From UHGV virus genome UHGV-1446736: a stretch of DNA of 26,779 nt. The stretch is one strand, 5' to 3'. Under the pieces are notes generated by a model that had not been told where the DNA came from, made no database searches, and worked only from the letters and a program-made list of their open reading frames with translations. The position numbers were made by a program, and so were the translations under genes. Numbering within the stretch: position 1 is the first letter of the stretch; every line of letters starts with the position of its first letter. Of the stretch, positions 1-8,915 are shown piece after piece. This DNA is from a virus.

Positions 1-407
1 AAGCTACCCATATCAGGTATCTGATTTGCCCCTGTCCCTACATTCCTTTTAGCCGCTTCTCCCAAACCAAGGTTTTCGAGAGCCGTTTTCACCGTGCCAT
101 CCGATTTGATATCGCCAAACGGATTTTTGCGACTCAGGTATTCAACAGCAAACCCCGATCCCAGCAATTCAACAAAACCGGGCAGATCACCATTATCAAG
201 CACATCCCGTTGCGTTTTGTCACTTACAAACTGGGCCAGAGCTGCAGCAATAAAGCTGGCCTGCCGAATAACCTTATTGACTTGCGCACTGGATGCTTTC
301 CCTGCTGTAAATCCGGATAAAAGCGCAGGCAACGCTTCCCATTCCTCCTGCGACATAACATTGGCATTTTTACCCGTTGCGAATGCTTTAAAGTCATTTT
401 TTGCCAT
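1..407 (-). CDS. Tail fibre protein, N-terminal part only (gene runs off the left edge of the window)
   Basis: Hand translation of the minus strand from the ATG at 407..405 gives [49 protein letters not shown]... with no stop before position 1. The start overlaps the stop of the upstream DUF2313-like gene (TGATG). Position directly after baseplate J and the gp48-like gene is where Mu-type tails place the fibre gene. Confidence 0.5.
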   Translation of the reverse strand, partial: MAKNDFKAFATGKNANVMSQEEWEALPALLSGFTAGKASSAQVNKVIRQASFIAAALAQFVSDKTQRDVLDNGDLPGFVELLGSGFAVEYLSRKNPFGDIKSDGTVKTALENLGLGEAAKRNVGTGANQIPDMGS

Positions 408-1087
408 CAGAGTAATACTCCCCATGCCCCTACATCAAAACCACTGATGAATTCGTTATCCATATCAAAACCAAAAAATTTTGAGCCTTCCGATGGGGTT
501 TTCACCGAAGGTGTTTCAATGCCACCCGCCCATACCCCGGCGGCTTTTACTGTGAGATACCCCTGTTTAATTGCCGCAATTAACTCACGCGATACATCTG
601 AAATATCAGTATCAGGAAAGACCCAGACCGATATCGTCATGTCCTGGTTATCGACTATCTGCATTCGCAGTCCGGATCCTGCTGTTGCCGCGTCAAGAAT
701 TGCCGGAAGCGAATCATTCCGTCCGTCCCAGTTATTAATCGCAATCTTCGCTTTAAGGATGACACGATAAGTTTCATCGCTGAGGTACATGTATCCGGAA
801 TCAGGATCGTATGGCCCCTGCCATACACCCTGATCATATCCAAGCCCGTCGGTATCCCAGCTGAAATAGACACCTGAAATAGGCTGGCTGACAACACGGC
901 TACGTCCGATCCACAATCCCAGAATGTCAAGTTGCACACCAACCGCAGAGTCAATATCAAATGCAGTAATCAGCCCTCTGGTGGCAGCCGCAACATCAAT
1001 AAGCGGCCGGGTCATCAGATCAACATGTGCAAGAAATTTAGGTTTGGTGGCGTGGTAGTTTGTGATTAGTTCGGTGTATTTGCTCAT
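407..1087 (-). CDS. Baseplate-associated tail protein (DUF2313 / Mu gp48 / YmfQ-like)
   Basis: 226-aa ORF directly downstream of the baseplate J-like gene and upstream of the fibre; size and synteny match Mu gp48 / e14 YmfQ-type proteins (recollection, not searched). Confidence 0.5.
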   Translation of the reverse strand: MSKYTELITNYHATKPKFLAHVDLMTRPLIDVAAATRGLITAFDIDSAVGVQLDILGLWIGRSRVVSQPISGVYFSWDTDGLGYDQGVWQGPYDPDSGYMYLSDETYRVILKAKIAINNWDGRNDSLPAILDAATAGSGLRMQIVDNQDMTISVWVFPDTDISDVSRELIAAIKQGYLTVKAAGVWAGGIETPSVKTPSEGSKFFGFDMDNEFISGFDVGAWGVLL

Positions 1088-2283
1088 GACTCCACCGTTA
1101 TAACGATATTTTCCGGGGTACAGGACGCGGATTCGTTGTATCTGATATCAATGTTTGATGACGACAAAGCCCCCGGGGATTTCCCAATCGTCAGTTCCTG
1201 AATATCGTAATAGCGTGCATTCCCGCCACTCACCACGCCAAGATTCGCCGGTGAGTAAATGCGACTTAAAAGGACCGAATCACCAATCATCAGACTATTG
1301 ATATAGTCGGAAATAGCCTGCTGGATCTGCTGCCCTATCTGTGAGGTATAACCCGTAAAAACTTTTAATTTAATCCGGGCATAAACAGGCACATCACTGG
1401 AACGCGAGAATTTGATTACATGGGGATTGCCGTATTTATCCGGAACCGTAACGAATGTTGTACCGTGAGTGGCTGTCCCCTGGCCTTTATTCCCTCTGAT
1501 AGCCTGAGCAATATCCGTCACATCACCGCCATCCACAATTACAGCAACAGAGTGTGGCGGTAACCCGTTACCGTCCTCCGAACCATTATCGTTTTCATAG
1601 AGTTTGTGGCGGGTTACACCGGTAACATTAGAAACAGCACCATCCAGTGCTTCAAATGGGGTTATTGATGGCAACGCAACACTTTGCGACTGTCGGATAC
1701 GTAACTCCGCATCAGTTTCTGCCGGAGTGCCCACAGTAGCCGCAGCAGGATTGGTTACCGAAACCCAGCCACGGGTTGGCGTATTAATTTCAGTGATAGT
1801 TCCATCCAGCGCCGCCACTGCACCACTGACAGAACATGTTGCGGTCGCCATCACTGTACCATCCACGCCGACCACCACTGAAGCAGGCAAACGCCATATC
1901 ACATTATTACTGTCTTTCACGCTGCCATTAATGATGGTTGTTCCGGCAGTTCCTGTAAGAAGCAAATCAACCGTAGAGTTCGTCGCACCTTTACGTGAAA
2001 TACCATTTATTTTCACGTTACTGGTCAGTGCAGCCCCATAGCCGGTTGCCGGTGAAAAACAGTTGTAGACAGTTATCGCAGTATTATTGGCATCATGAAT
2101 CGCCAGCGCCATCAGAGCCACCATCTGGCCGTCTTTGCTGTCCGGTTCGAGGTAGGCATCACTGCCATAAATCTGCTGAAAATAGCTAATCAGGGTGCTG
2201 AGTATCGTCTGATAATCAGGCGCACTGATCCCCTCCGCGGTTACCTTTGCAGATAAACCGAGAGAATCAAGGTTCAGAGCCAT
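1084..2283 (-). CDS. Baseplate J-like protein (Mu gp47 / P2 gpJ family)
   Basis: 399-aa ORF; position and size in the contractile-tail baseplate module; ATGA-type overlaps with both neighbours. Confidence 0.6.
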   Translation of the reverse strand: MALNLDSLGLSAKVTAEGISAPDYQTILSTLISYFQQIYGSDAYLEPDSKDGQMVALMALAIHDANNTAITVYNCFSPATGYGAALTSNVKINGISRKGATNSTVDLLLTGTAGTTIINGSVKDSNNVIWRLPASVVVGVDGTVMATATCSVSGAVAALDGTITEINTPTRGWVSVTNPAAATVGTPAETDAELRIRQSQSVALPSITPFEALDGAVSNVTGVTRHKLYENDNGSEDGNGLPPHSVAVIVDGGDVTDIAQAIRGNKGQGTATHGTTFVTVPDKYGNPHVIKFSRSSDVPVYARIKLKVFTGYTSQIGQQIQQAISDYINSLMIGDSVLLSRIYSPANLGVVSGGNARYYDIQELTIGKSPGALSSSNIDIRYNESASCTPENIVITVES

Positions 2284-2636
2284 TACGCCTCCGATGTAAC
2301 AGTCGTTATTCCATAAAGAGTGTCGATTTCAGCGGAAAACATGACACGTCGGGTCGTGGTATCCACCGTCGTATTGAAAGAGAGGATTGATTTAACGCCC
2401 CGCGTTTCGAGGATGCGCTTACGGATCGCCAGGTTGTAGGTTTCCGGCTTCTGCTTACCGAGTACGGACTGGATCCACGGAGTCCCTTCGGTGGTGTCTA
2501 GAAACCATTGCCCATACCACAATTCAAATCGCGTTTTTACCGCCTGCGCCACGGCCTCCGGTGAGTTAATCAGCCAGGTATCATCACCGCTGCCAAAGGT
2601 GTAATCGCCATCGGCGTCTTCACGTCTGTATCGCAT
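2283..2636 (-). CDS. Small baseplate protein (Mu gp46 / gpW-like)
   Basis: 117-aa ORF between the spike and baseplate J genes, translationally coupled to both. Confidence 0.45.
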   Translation of the reverse strand: MRYRREDADGDYTFGSGDDTWLINSPEAVAQAVKTRFELWYGQWFLDTTEGTPWIQSVLGKQKPETYNLAIRKRILETRGVKSILSFNTTVDTTTRRVMFSAEIDTLYGITTVTSEA

Positions 2637-3388
2637 CAGTTTACTCCGTCGGTATTGCTTCCACCGCGCTGAACACCACCATGAGTGTGCGTATCATCGA
2701 TTAGCTTGCCGTTAGCCTTCACGCTACCCAAAAACTCAACAGCACCAGTGATTTTTGAAGCCACACCAGAAACAACAGACCCCACCATGCCCCCCATCCA
2801 GGTTAACAGGCCATGAATGGTTACTTTCTCAGAAAAATCAGCCAGAGGGGCAACCACATCAAGCCCCCCCGGAGCGACAATTTTAATTTTCCTGGTATCA
2901 GGATTAAGCTCAAAATAGGTGCTGCCGTCGTCACTACGCAACTGTGTGGCACTGGTATTAATACCGCTAATCTTCCTTGCCTGCGACTGGGGACCGACAA
3001 TACAAAACGCATCCGATAAATCATGCATTCTGTCATCGACCGGCTCCTGTATCCCGCCACTCTGCCACCAGAAATCAATACAACGATCGGCAAAAATCAC
3101 CAAACATTCATCACCGGCTTTAGCTGGGAACGTTAGCGTACATCCTCCGCCGCGTGGGAATACCACTGGCACATCCACCAGCAATGGGTAATTTTTGGTA
3201 ATGCGGTTGCCGTCATTATCCTTTTCAACCGAACGGATAGCAGGCTGCACAACTGCCGTCACCGCATCAGGATCGAATGACTGAATAATGCCAGGCAAGG
3301 CGACACGGATCTGGTTCTTTGTTGTTTCCCGTTCAGATTTGAATGTTTCGGCAAGGTCGCCGCTGCGGGTCTGGTCAGATACTGCCAT
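2636..3388 (-). CDS. Baseplate central spike protein (P2 gpV / Mu gp45-like)
   Basis: 250-aa ORF with a C-terminal HTHGG (His-x-His) stretch like the apex motif of gpV-type spikes; a GGAG ribosome-binding site lies about 9 nt before the ATG at 3388. Confidence 0.5.
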   Translation of the reverse strand: MAVSDQTRSGDLAETFKSERETTKNQIRVALPGIIQSFDPDAVTAVVQPAIRSVEKDNDGNRITKNYPLLVDVPVVFPRGGGCTLTFPAKAGDECLVIFADRCIDFWWQSGGIQEPVDDRMHDLSDAFCIVGPQSQARKISGINTSATQLRSDDGSTYFELNPDTRKIKIVAPGGLDVVAPLADFSEKVTIHGLLTWMGGMVGSVVSGVASKITGAVEFLGSVKANGKLIDDTHTHGGVQRGGSNTDGVN

Positions 3389-3404
3389 TTAGTAGGCTCC
3401 AGAA

Positions 3405-3432
3405 AGCAAAAAACCCGCCGGATGGCGGGTTC
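3405..3432 (-). terminator. Rho-independent terminator closing the cargo island
   Basis: Plus strand reads aaaaaa-cccgcc-ggat-ggcggg-tt; on the minus-strand RNA this is a 6-bp GC stem with a 4-nt loop followed by UUUUUU. It lies 20-45 nt downstream of the 123-aa gene stop at 3451. Confidence 0.65.
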
Positions 3433-3450
3433 GTGGTAAATAGTGACTTT

Positions 3451-3822
3451 TTATGAAATCCGTTTAAAAAAATGCTGCGCGGTTAATAATGATTCCCTGG
3501 CAACGTCAGCATTTATCTTGGAGTCAGATAAGCGATAGTCGGCTTCATTCCGCGCTTGTCTCATTTGGCGGAGATCGTATGCAAGTATTTTTAATCTTGC
3601 AGGAGGTATTTCTTCCTTAGGTATGCCCATCCTACCTTGCATGTAGTTGATTAAATTAGCATGGTGATTATGTTCTACAGAGGGGACATGCTTCAGAGCC
3701 TCGCCAGCACGATGAAACATAGCATAGTAGGCTCGCGATACGGCATTACGATAACCAACTTCTTCGTCCAGAGTTAAACAATGTTCACTTGAACGCAAAA
3801 AATCAAAACTCTGAATAGTCAT
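3451..3822 (-). CDS. Hypothetical 123-aa protein, second gene of the AT-rich two-gene cassette (possibly a HEPN-like helical domain, speculative)
   Basis: ATG at 3822 preceded by AAGGA; it overlaps the last 20 nt of the upstream 258-aa gene; AT-rich codon usage unlike the flanking tail genes. Segments AYYAMFHRAGEAL and RQARNEADY loosely recall HEPN-type proteins, but this is unverified. Confidence 0.6.
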   Translation of the reverse strand: MTIQSFDFLRSSEHCLTLDEEVGYRNAVSRAYYAMFHRAGEALKHVPSVEHNHHANLINYMQGRMGIPKEEIPPARLKILAYDLRQMRQARNEADYRLSDSKINADVARESLLTAQHFFKRIS

Positions 3823-4579
3823 AAGTTTCCTTCGTATGGGACTCCCTTAAAACCGAGAAACGAGCAGTCATTTCACAGTCGTCTAACCTTGACTCAGAAC
3901 ATATCCTTTCAGCCAAATCAAAATTCATCAAAACGATATCTTCCGGAGTAGCTTTCTCCACTTGCACGAGATAATCACCGCCCATAGAGCTGAAAATTCC
4001 CAAGCTACCGGGAATAAGTTTACGTTCTTCAAGGATCGAATGAGTGATGTCCCCAAGCAATCTAAACTGCTCAGGTGTACAAACTTTTGCCTCGTAACAT
4101 CCTTTAACACCATCGATAAGCTCACGCATATAGGCTTCAGCTCCGTACTTGTCATCGTTTTCTGACAGTAAACGACAGTGCCATTCCATGTATTTCTGGA
4201 TTGCCGCTAGGTCACCAACCCGATAAGATTCCGCGGCAGCAAGCATAGTCAACATTTTCCCGCCAAACGAATCAGCAAGTTGATAAATAATTTCATGTAA
4301 CTGGCGGTAGTGATGTCGTTTGAAAAGGAAAGCAGCGAAATTCTTTGCAATAGTGATGTTGCCCATTTTCAGATGCTTATGAAAATGTTCATAGGCTAGA
4401 TCATCTTCACCATTTAAAGCATAAGCAAAACCAACCGCGCTAACATCGTTGCCTTCAGTGCTGGATGAATAATTGCGTAAAACGTAACGATAAGTGAACT
4501 CATCTATCGAAGCATTTTCTTCAAGCATCGCCCCGAACTGGATAACATAGTTACTGGATGCTTTAGCTGGTGTAGCCAT
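3803..4579 (-). CDS. Hypothetical 258-aa protein, first gene of the AT-rich two-gene cassette
   Basis: The ORF track starts at 4603 on a TTG; the first ATG is at 4579 (MATPAKASSNYV...) with AAGGA 5 nt upstream. No signal peptide or motif I recognise; AT-rich. Confidence 0.6.
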   Translation of the reverse strand: MATPAKASSNYVIQFGAMLEENASIDEFTYRYVLRNYSSSTEGNDVSAVGFAYALNGEDDLAYEHFHKHLKMGNITIAKNFAAFLFKRHHYRQLHEIIYQLADSFGGKMLTMLAAAESYRVGDLAAIQKYMEWHCRLLSENDDKYGAEAYMRELIDGVKGCYEAKVCTPEQFRLLGDITHSILEERKLIPGSLGIFSSMGGDYLVQVEKATPEDIVLMNFDLAERICSESRLDDCEMTARFSVLRESHTKETYDYSEF

Positions 4580-4624
4580 AATAATCCTTAACCCCAGAAT
4601 CAACTGCCTGAAATTGATGTCAGA

Positions 4625-4660
4625 AATGGATTATAGCTTTACTGATTAACCTTTTTACAC
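4625..4660 (-). promoter_or_regulatory. Candidate sigma70 promoter for the two-gene cassette
   Basis: A perfect TATAAT on the minus strand (plus 4630-4635) about 45 nt upstream of the 258-aa gene ATG; the -35 region (TGTAAA-like) is weak. Confidence 0.25.
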
Positions 4661-4971
4661 GGGAAAGACCCGATGATTTTCGGCGCATCCATGCTGTTCT
4701 GCAGCAGCTGGACGTTCAGGAAAGCTTTTCCGTTACGTTTCACAAACTCAAAGCCGTAATTGTTACCATCACGGGAAGGCATCAGGCCCATGTCCATTTT
4801 CATGTTTGAATAGTCACCATCTTTTCCCAGAAATTTTATCTTCTGTGATGTGACAGTTTCACCGTTAATAACAGTCATTCCGTCACCGGTCATCGTGTAG
4901 TTGCCGCACTGAATTGCAGCCATCGCCGGAGCAGTAACCATCATAACTAACGCCAAACATAACCGTTTCAT
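4639..4971 (-). CDS. Small secreted/periplasmic protein of unknown function (signal peptide)
   Basis: ATG at 4971 (MKRLCLALVMMVTAPAMAA...) gives a classic signal peptide with an AxA cleavage site; the mature protein is about 90 aa with two Cys. An AGAGGG ribosome-binding site precedes it and its start overlaps the hub gene stop (TAATG). Confidence 0.55.
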   Translation of the reverse strand: MKRLCLALVMMVTAPAMAAIQCGNYTMTGDGMTVINGETVTSQKIKFLGKDGDYSNMKMDMGLMPSRDGNNYGFEFVKRNGKAFLNVQLLQNSMDAPKIIGSFPCKKVNQ

Positions 4972-6035
4972 TAAAGCCCTCTTTCCCTCGCTGATGAGGA
5001 AACAAGATCCGCCGCACCACGCGCTTCGCACATCATATCCATGTACCACGCCTGGCCCCTTGTATCGCCAGTGTACATAATCCCGCGCACAATATAAACG
5101 CCATCCGTTGCGATGCTGGCAGGCTGCGATGTGGTGCCGCTTAGCGTAATATTTCCGTCCGTGTTCTGGTCGGTGATCTGCCCACCGGCCATCGCGATAT
5201 CGTTGTTCGACAACGCGGTGCGATATACAGAAGCCTGATCCAGCTGAATGAGCCCGTTAACCCGGATGTTCGGATTAATGAGCGCACGGACGTTTACGCC
5301 GTTACCGATGGTCTGCTGCGGCATGCCAATAAGCCCGGTAGCACTGTTGAGCACAATCGCTTCGTGAACATATTCGTTATTCGCCACCATCTGGCGTTGA
5401 CCATCCACGAATTGCCATGTTGCGCCACATTGCCCGGCTACGTTATCCATAAGATGCCGCGTCATGCCAAAGAGCACCCGCCCCCGGGGGAATACAGTCG
5501 CAGGCATTTCAGGCGTCAGGCCTTCGGTCGCGCCTTTGGCTTCAAAGTCTTTCATCAGCGCACGGTTTACATCAGCGACCGTGTAACCGGCAGCCAGCGT
5601 CTGTGAGGTTATACTGGTGGCAAAAGCCAGATCAGTATCTGCTGCCTGAATCAGGACGTAGGTATCAACCGGACTGTCTTTTCCTGTGACCGAGTAGCGA
5701 ATTTCACCGCTGAAAATCAGTCCGTAGTTGCGGCCATCTCTCTGGCCCACGTCCGCCGCGTCAACTTCCCGCACGGTCCCTACGTCGCTTGCTGACACCT
5801 CCGGCGCGATACCGTCGTAACCGGCAATCAGACGCACTTTCGAAAATTCCTGCCCGGTGATTCGGTTCACAGTATCTGCCGAGAGGTTATAAATTTTGAT
5901 AGTCCCTACCCGGGACGCGCTGCTGATGTTGAACCAGTCGATCGTAAAGGTGACTTTGAAATCACTTAGCTCAATTCCCTGACCGTTCCCGTCCACAAGC
6001 TGCAGCTCGAAATGTCTCATCCAGTTCTGTGACAT
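4971..6035 (-). CDS. Baseplate hub-like tail protein (Mu gpP / P2 gpD-like)
   Basis: 354-aa ORF placed after the tape measure and two small tail genes and before the spike, as expected for a hub protein; assignment by synteny. Confidence 0.45.
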   Translation of the reverse strand: MSQNWMRHFELQLVDGNGQGIELSDFKVTFTIDWFNISSASRVGTIKIYNLSADTVNRITGQEFSKVRLIAGYDGIAPEVSASDVGTVREVDAADVGQRDGRNYGLIFSGEIRYSVTGKDSPVDTYVLIQAADTDLAFATSITSQTLAAGYTVADVNRALMKDFEAKGATEGLTPEMPATVFPRGRVLFGMTRHLMDNVAGQCGATWQFVDGQRQMVANNEYVHEAIVLNSATGLIGMPQQTIGNGVNVRALINPNIRVNGLIQLDQASVYRTALSNNDIAMAGGQITDQNTDGNITLSGTTSQPASIATDGVYIVRGIMYTGDTRGQAWYMDMMCEARGAADLVSSSARERGL

Positions 6036-6037
6036 GC

Positions 6038-6340
6038 TTACTCCGTTGATACCAGTAAATGACTGCGGCCGCCCAGATCAGTTTTCGTGGGATAATCCTG
6101 TGTGTTGTCATCGCAGACCACCACCAGCTTAAAACCAAGCCCCATACAGGCGTACTGCGCCAGCAAGTCAGCACCAGTGACGAGAGGAATACCGGAGATT
6201 ACCGGCTCCCCTCTGTCGTTCTGCAGGTCCATAATCCAGTAAAGATCGCGCCATATGATGCTAATCCGCCAGGTGACACCCCCCAGGACGATGCTGAACT
6301 GCTGATTGTCCGCTGTCAGCGGAATTTCCTGAATTGTCAT
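6038..6340 (-). CDS. Hypothetical tail protein (100 aa)
   Basis: Tightly packed ORF within the tail operon between the tape measure and hub genes. Confidence 0.4.
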   Translation of the reverse strand: MTIQEIPLTADNQQFSIVLGGVTWRISIIWRDLYWIMDLQNDRGEPVISGIPLVTGADLLAQYACMGLGFKLVVVCDDNTQDYPTKTDLGGRSHLLVSTE

Positions 6341-6927
6341 TATCCGCCTCCCAGTAATGACGCCACGTTACCCGTGATGCTTTTCAGCAGTGAAGTATCT
6401 GGAGGCTTTGTGGTTTTGTTGCCGCTGTTCTGTACCGCCGACGTGCTGGCCCCTTCCTTCATGTTGGTTTTATCAGCAACGGTGATCTGCTGTGTCCGGG
6501 AGATAAGGACCTCCCTCAGGGTGAGGACGGCGGACAGGACGTTTTCGGTTGTCTTGTCCGTCGTCACTTCCAGCGCCCGGATCAACATGTTGCTGTACAG
6601 CCGTTTACCGGTTACCACATCGAAGGGGATACGGCTTTCCTGCAGATCCAGTAGCTCCTGATACGTCTGCTGAGGACTCAGGCCGAGCAGGCTGGTAGCC
6701 GTCAGATTACTGGCAAAATCCAGCAATGCGCCGCCACCGGCGAAACCAACCTCCATCACCACTTCTGACGGTTTTTTATAGGCATGATCAGCGACAGCGG
6801 CCCCGACCTCTACCGGATGCTCTGTTATTTCAAGCATATCTGTATGCTTCTCTGAAATAACAACACTGGGAACAATCATTCCTATTTTTCTGCTCTGCTG
6901 ATGAAAAAGTGTAGAGAGAATATCCAC
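6340..6927 (-). CDS. Hypothetical tail protein (195 aa)
   Basis: ORF immediately downstream of the tape measure gene, ATGA-coupled to its neighbours. Confidence 0.4.
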   Translation of the reverse strand: MDILSTLFHQQSRKIGMIVPSVVISEKHTDMLEITEHPVEVGAAVADHAYKKPSEVVMEVGFAGGGALLDFASNLTATSLLGLSPQQTYQELLDLQESRIPFDVVTGKRLYSNMLIRALEVTTDKTTENVLSAVLTLREVLISRTQQITVADKTNMKEGASTSAVQNSGNKTTKPPDTSLLKSITGNVASLLGGG

Positions 6928-8915
6928 TAACCCACCCTCACCTGATTACTTCGCATGACCTGAGCATTTGCAGACTGTTGCCGACGTGCAACCTCATTAC
7001 CGACAGCGTGCGGATCTCCGCCACCGTAAATGTGGTAAGTATTTTGCTGGTTAACCTCTGTCATTTTGCCACTAATTCCCGCCACGGCAGCCTTATTAAT
7101 CAGCTCTCGAGAATAGATATTTCTTCCATTTTCATGCTGGATAATGCTGCTCATCAATGCTGACATGGTTTGCGGATCGCTCATATTCAGGGCAGCCCGG
7201 GGATCCACTCCCAGTCGTTGCGATACAGCCCTGATATACGCAGTTGTGTTGTTATTATCAGACGCAGGTGCCCAGGTAGAGATAATTTTCTCCACACTGT
7301 TTATTCCCCGTCCGGCGTACAGCATTAACTGACGAGCAAGAGCTCGTAATCCATCAAAAGCAGTTTCAAATCTGGCAAATCGCCCGCCCGGGCGTTCAAG
7401 AGAAGCCCCTGCCTGACCAGCAAAATTAAGGTTTCCCGGATTGTTATTCCGTTCTCCTCGTTTCGTAGCCTGTGCATATTGTTCCGGCTCATCATCACCA
7501 AACCAGCCGCGTACCGTCCGGCCCACACTGCGGGGATCGAATCCCCAGTGCTCTTTAATCCAGTCGGCAGTACTGTTAGCGCTGTCTGTAACCATCGGCA
7601 TCGCTGACGGATTTTCGCTGCCCTGATTAAGTATCTGTTTGCCGATGCTGACGGCATCAGCCCAGCGGCCATCTTTGATAGCGTTGAGCAGGTCGGCGAT
7701 CATGTTCAGCATTTTGCTGAATTCGCCCATCTGGTCGATGAAGTTGCTGAAATCCCACTTCAGGGACCATGATTTGGGGTCAATATTGAGCAGTTTCGCC
7801 AGCGCTTTCGCCAGTTCATTAACAGACCCTTTCAGGTCACGAACCATCTTCAGCGCGGCATCGACCTCCGGCTTCCACTTGCCCCAGTCAATCAGGCTGT
7901 CGCCGCCTTCCTTCCAGGTCTGATAGTCCTCCCACAGAAGGGCAATCCCCGCCGCCAGCGCGGTAATGAGGCCAATCGGCGACATCCAGAACGTACTGTT
8001 CAGAATGCGCAGCGCAATCGTCAGCGCGCCAAACAGCGAGATGAGCTCCCGCGTTTGCTTATCCAGCGATTGCCACCAGGTGATGAGGCCTGATGTTCCT
8101 TCAATCAGTCTGAAGAACAGCCGCCCGATAATATCCCCGAGCGCCAGAATGCCTTTTATGGCTTTCGTCAGGGTCTGCTCGATACGCGGGAAGTTGTCCA
8201 GGATATGGCGGCGCAGAGTGTCCAGCGAACCCGCAAGCCCACCCGCAAGATTAGAGCCGATTTTGTCACGGGCCATGCCTGCCATCGCGCCAAACTCACG
8301 CAGGGAGGTCATAAATTTGTTGGAGCTTCTGGCCGCCTCGTCAGCATTGAAGCCGATAGCTTTCGCCATTGCGCTGTACTGCCCGGAGAAACCACCCACA
8401 CCCCGGCGCATCGCCATAAGGGTATTTTCGTCAATGCCCAGCATCTGCGCATACTGGTTAGCCCGGTAATACGGCATGCCGCTGAGCTTCTGTCCTACAC
8501 CTGTAAAAATAGCGGCCATGTCACGCATGTTACCGCTGGCATCCCGTGTCTGTACCCCCAGACGATTCAGAAATCCCTCAGCCCCGGGGTTATTACGGAT
8601 AAAACGGGCAAGGCTCTCCAGTGACCCGCGCGCAGCGTCCACGCTGCCGCCAACCTGCGAAACCGCATAGCCAATAGACTGAATTCCCTGGACTGTCGCG
8701 CCGGTGCGCTGTGACGCCCAGTAAAGATTATCCAGACCAGAGGCGATCTTAGCCGTGAAGGCCACCACGGACAGCGCAGCTCCTTCAACAGCCAGCCCCA
8801 TTTTGATGACATTTGCAGTTGTACCGGCGAGGACAGAACCGAACTTTTTCGCTCCTGCATCATCCACACTGAAGCCAAGCGAGACGAGGAAATCTTTAAT
8901 AGTTTCAGCGTTCAT
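6927..8915 (-). CDS. Tail tape measure protein
   Basis: Long ORF (about 660 aa) with Ala/Gly-rich helical N-terminal part and a hydrophobic central stretch (LISLFGALTIALRILNSTFWMSPIGLITALAAGIALLW), downstream of the tail chaperone. The probable start is the ATG at 8915 (MNAETIKDF) with GAGAGG upstream; the track start at 8936 is a TTG. Confidence 0.75.
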   Translation of the reverse strand: MNAETIKDFLVSLGFSVDDAGAKKFGSVLAGTTANVIKMGLAVEGAALSVVAFTAKIASGLDNLYWASQRTGATVQGIQSIGYAVSQVGGSVDAARGSLESLARFIRNNPGAEGFLNRLGVQTRDASGNMRDMAAIFTGVGQKLSGMPYYRANQYAQMLGIDENTLMAMRRGVGGFSGQYSAMAKAIGFNADEAARSSNKFMTSLREFGAMAGMARDKIGSNLAGGLAGSLDTLRRHILDNFPRIEQTLTKAIKGILALGDIIGRLFFRLIEGTSGLITWWQSLDKQTRELISLFGALTIALRILNSTFWMSPIGLITALAAGIALLWEDYQTWKEGGDSLIDWGKWKPEVDAALKMVRDLKGSVNELAKALAKLLNIDPKSWSLKWDFSNFIDQMGEFSKMLNMIADLLNAIKDGRWADAVSIGKQILNQGSENPSAMPMVTDSANSTADWIKEHWGFDPRSVGRTVRGWFGDDEPEQYAQATKRGERNNNPGNLNFAGQAGASLERPGGRFARFETAFDGLRALARQLMLYAGRGINSVEKIISTWAPASDNNNTTAYIRAVSQRLGVDPRAALNMSDPQTMSALMSSIIQHENGRNIYSRELINKAAVAGISGKMTEVNQQNTYHIYGGGDPHAVGNEVARRQQSANAQVMRSNQVRVG

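Noticed and set aside
94-447. Plus-strand 117-aa ORF at the left edge
   Set aside because: It lies antisense to the minus-strand tail-fibre and DUF2313 genes, has low-complexity Ser/Pro-rich composition and no ribosome-binding site; a shadow ORF.
3928-4155. Minus-strand 75-aa ORF and plus-strand 67-aa ORF nested inside the 258-aa cargo gene
   Set aside because: Alternative frames within the longer ORF that has a proper ribosome-binding site and ATG; no independent signals.
6059-6661. Plus-strand 200-aa ORF
   Set aside because: Entirely antisense to the coupled minus-strand tail genes (6038-6927); GC-rich shadow-frame composition and no independent start signals.
7966-8670. Cluster of plus-strand ORFs (167, 139 and 64 aa) inside the tape measure region
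   Set aside because: All are antisense to the long tape measure ORF, which has strong contextual support; Arg/Ser/Pro-rich shadow frames.
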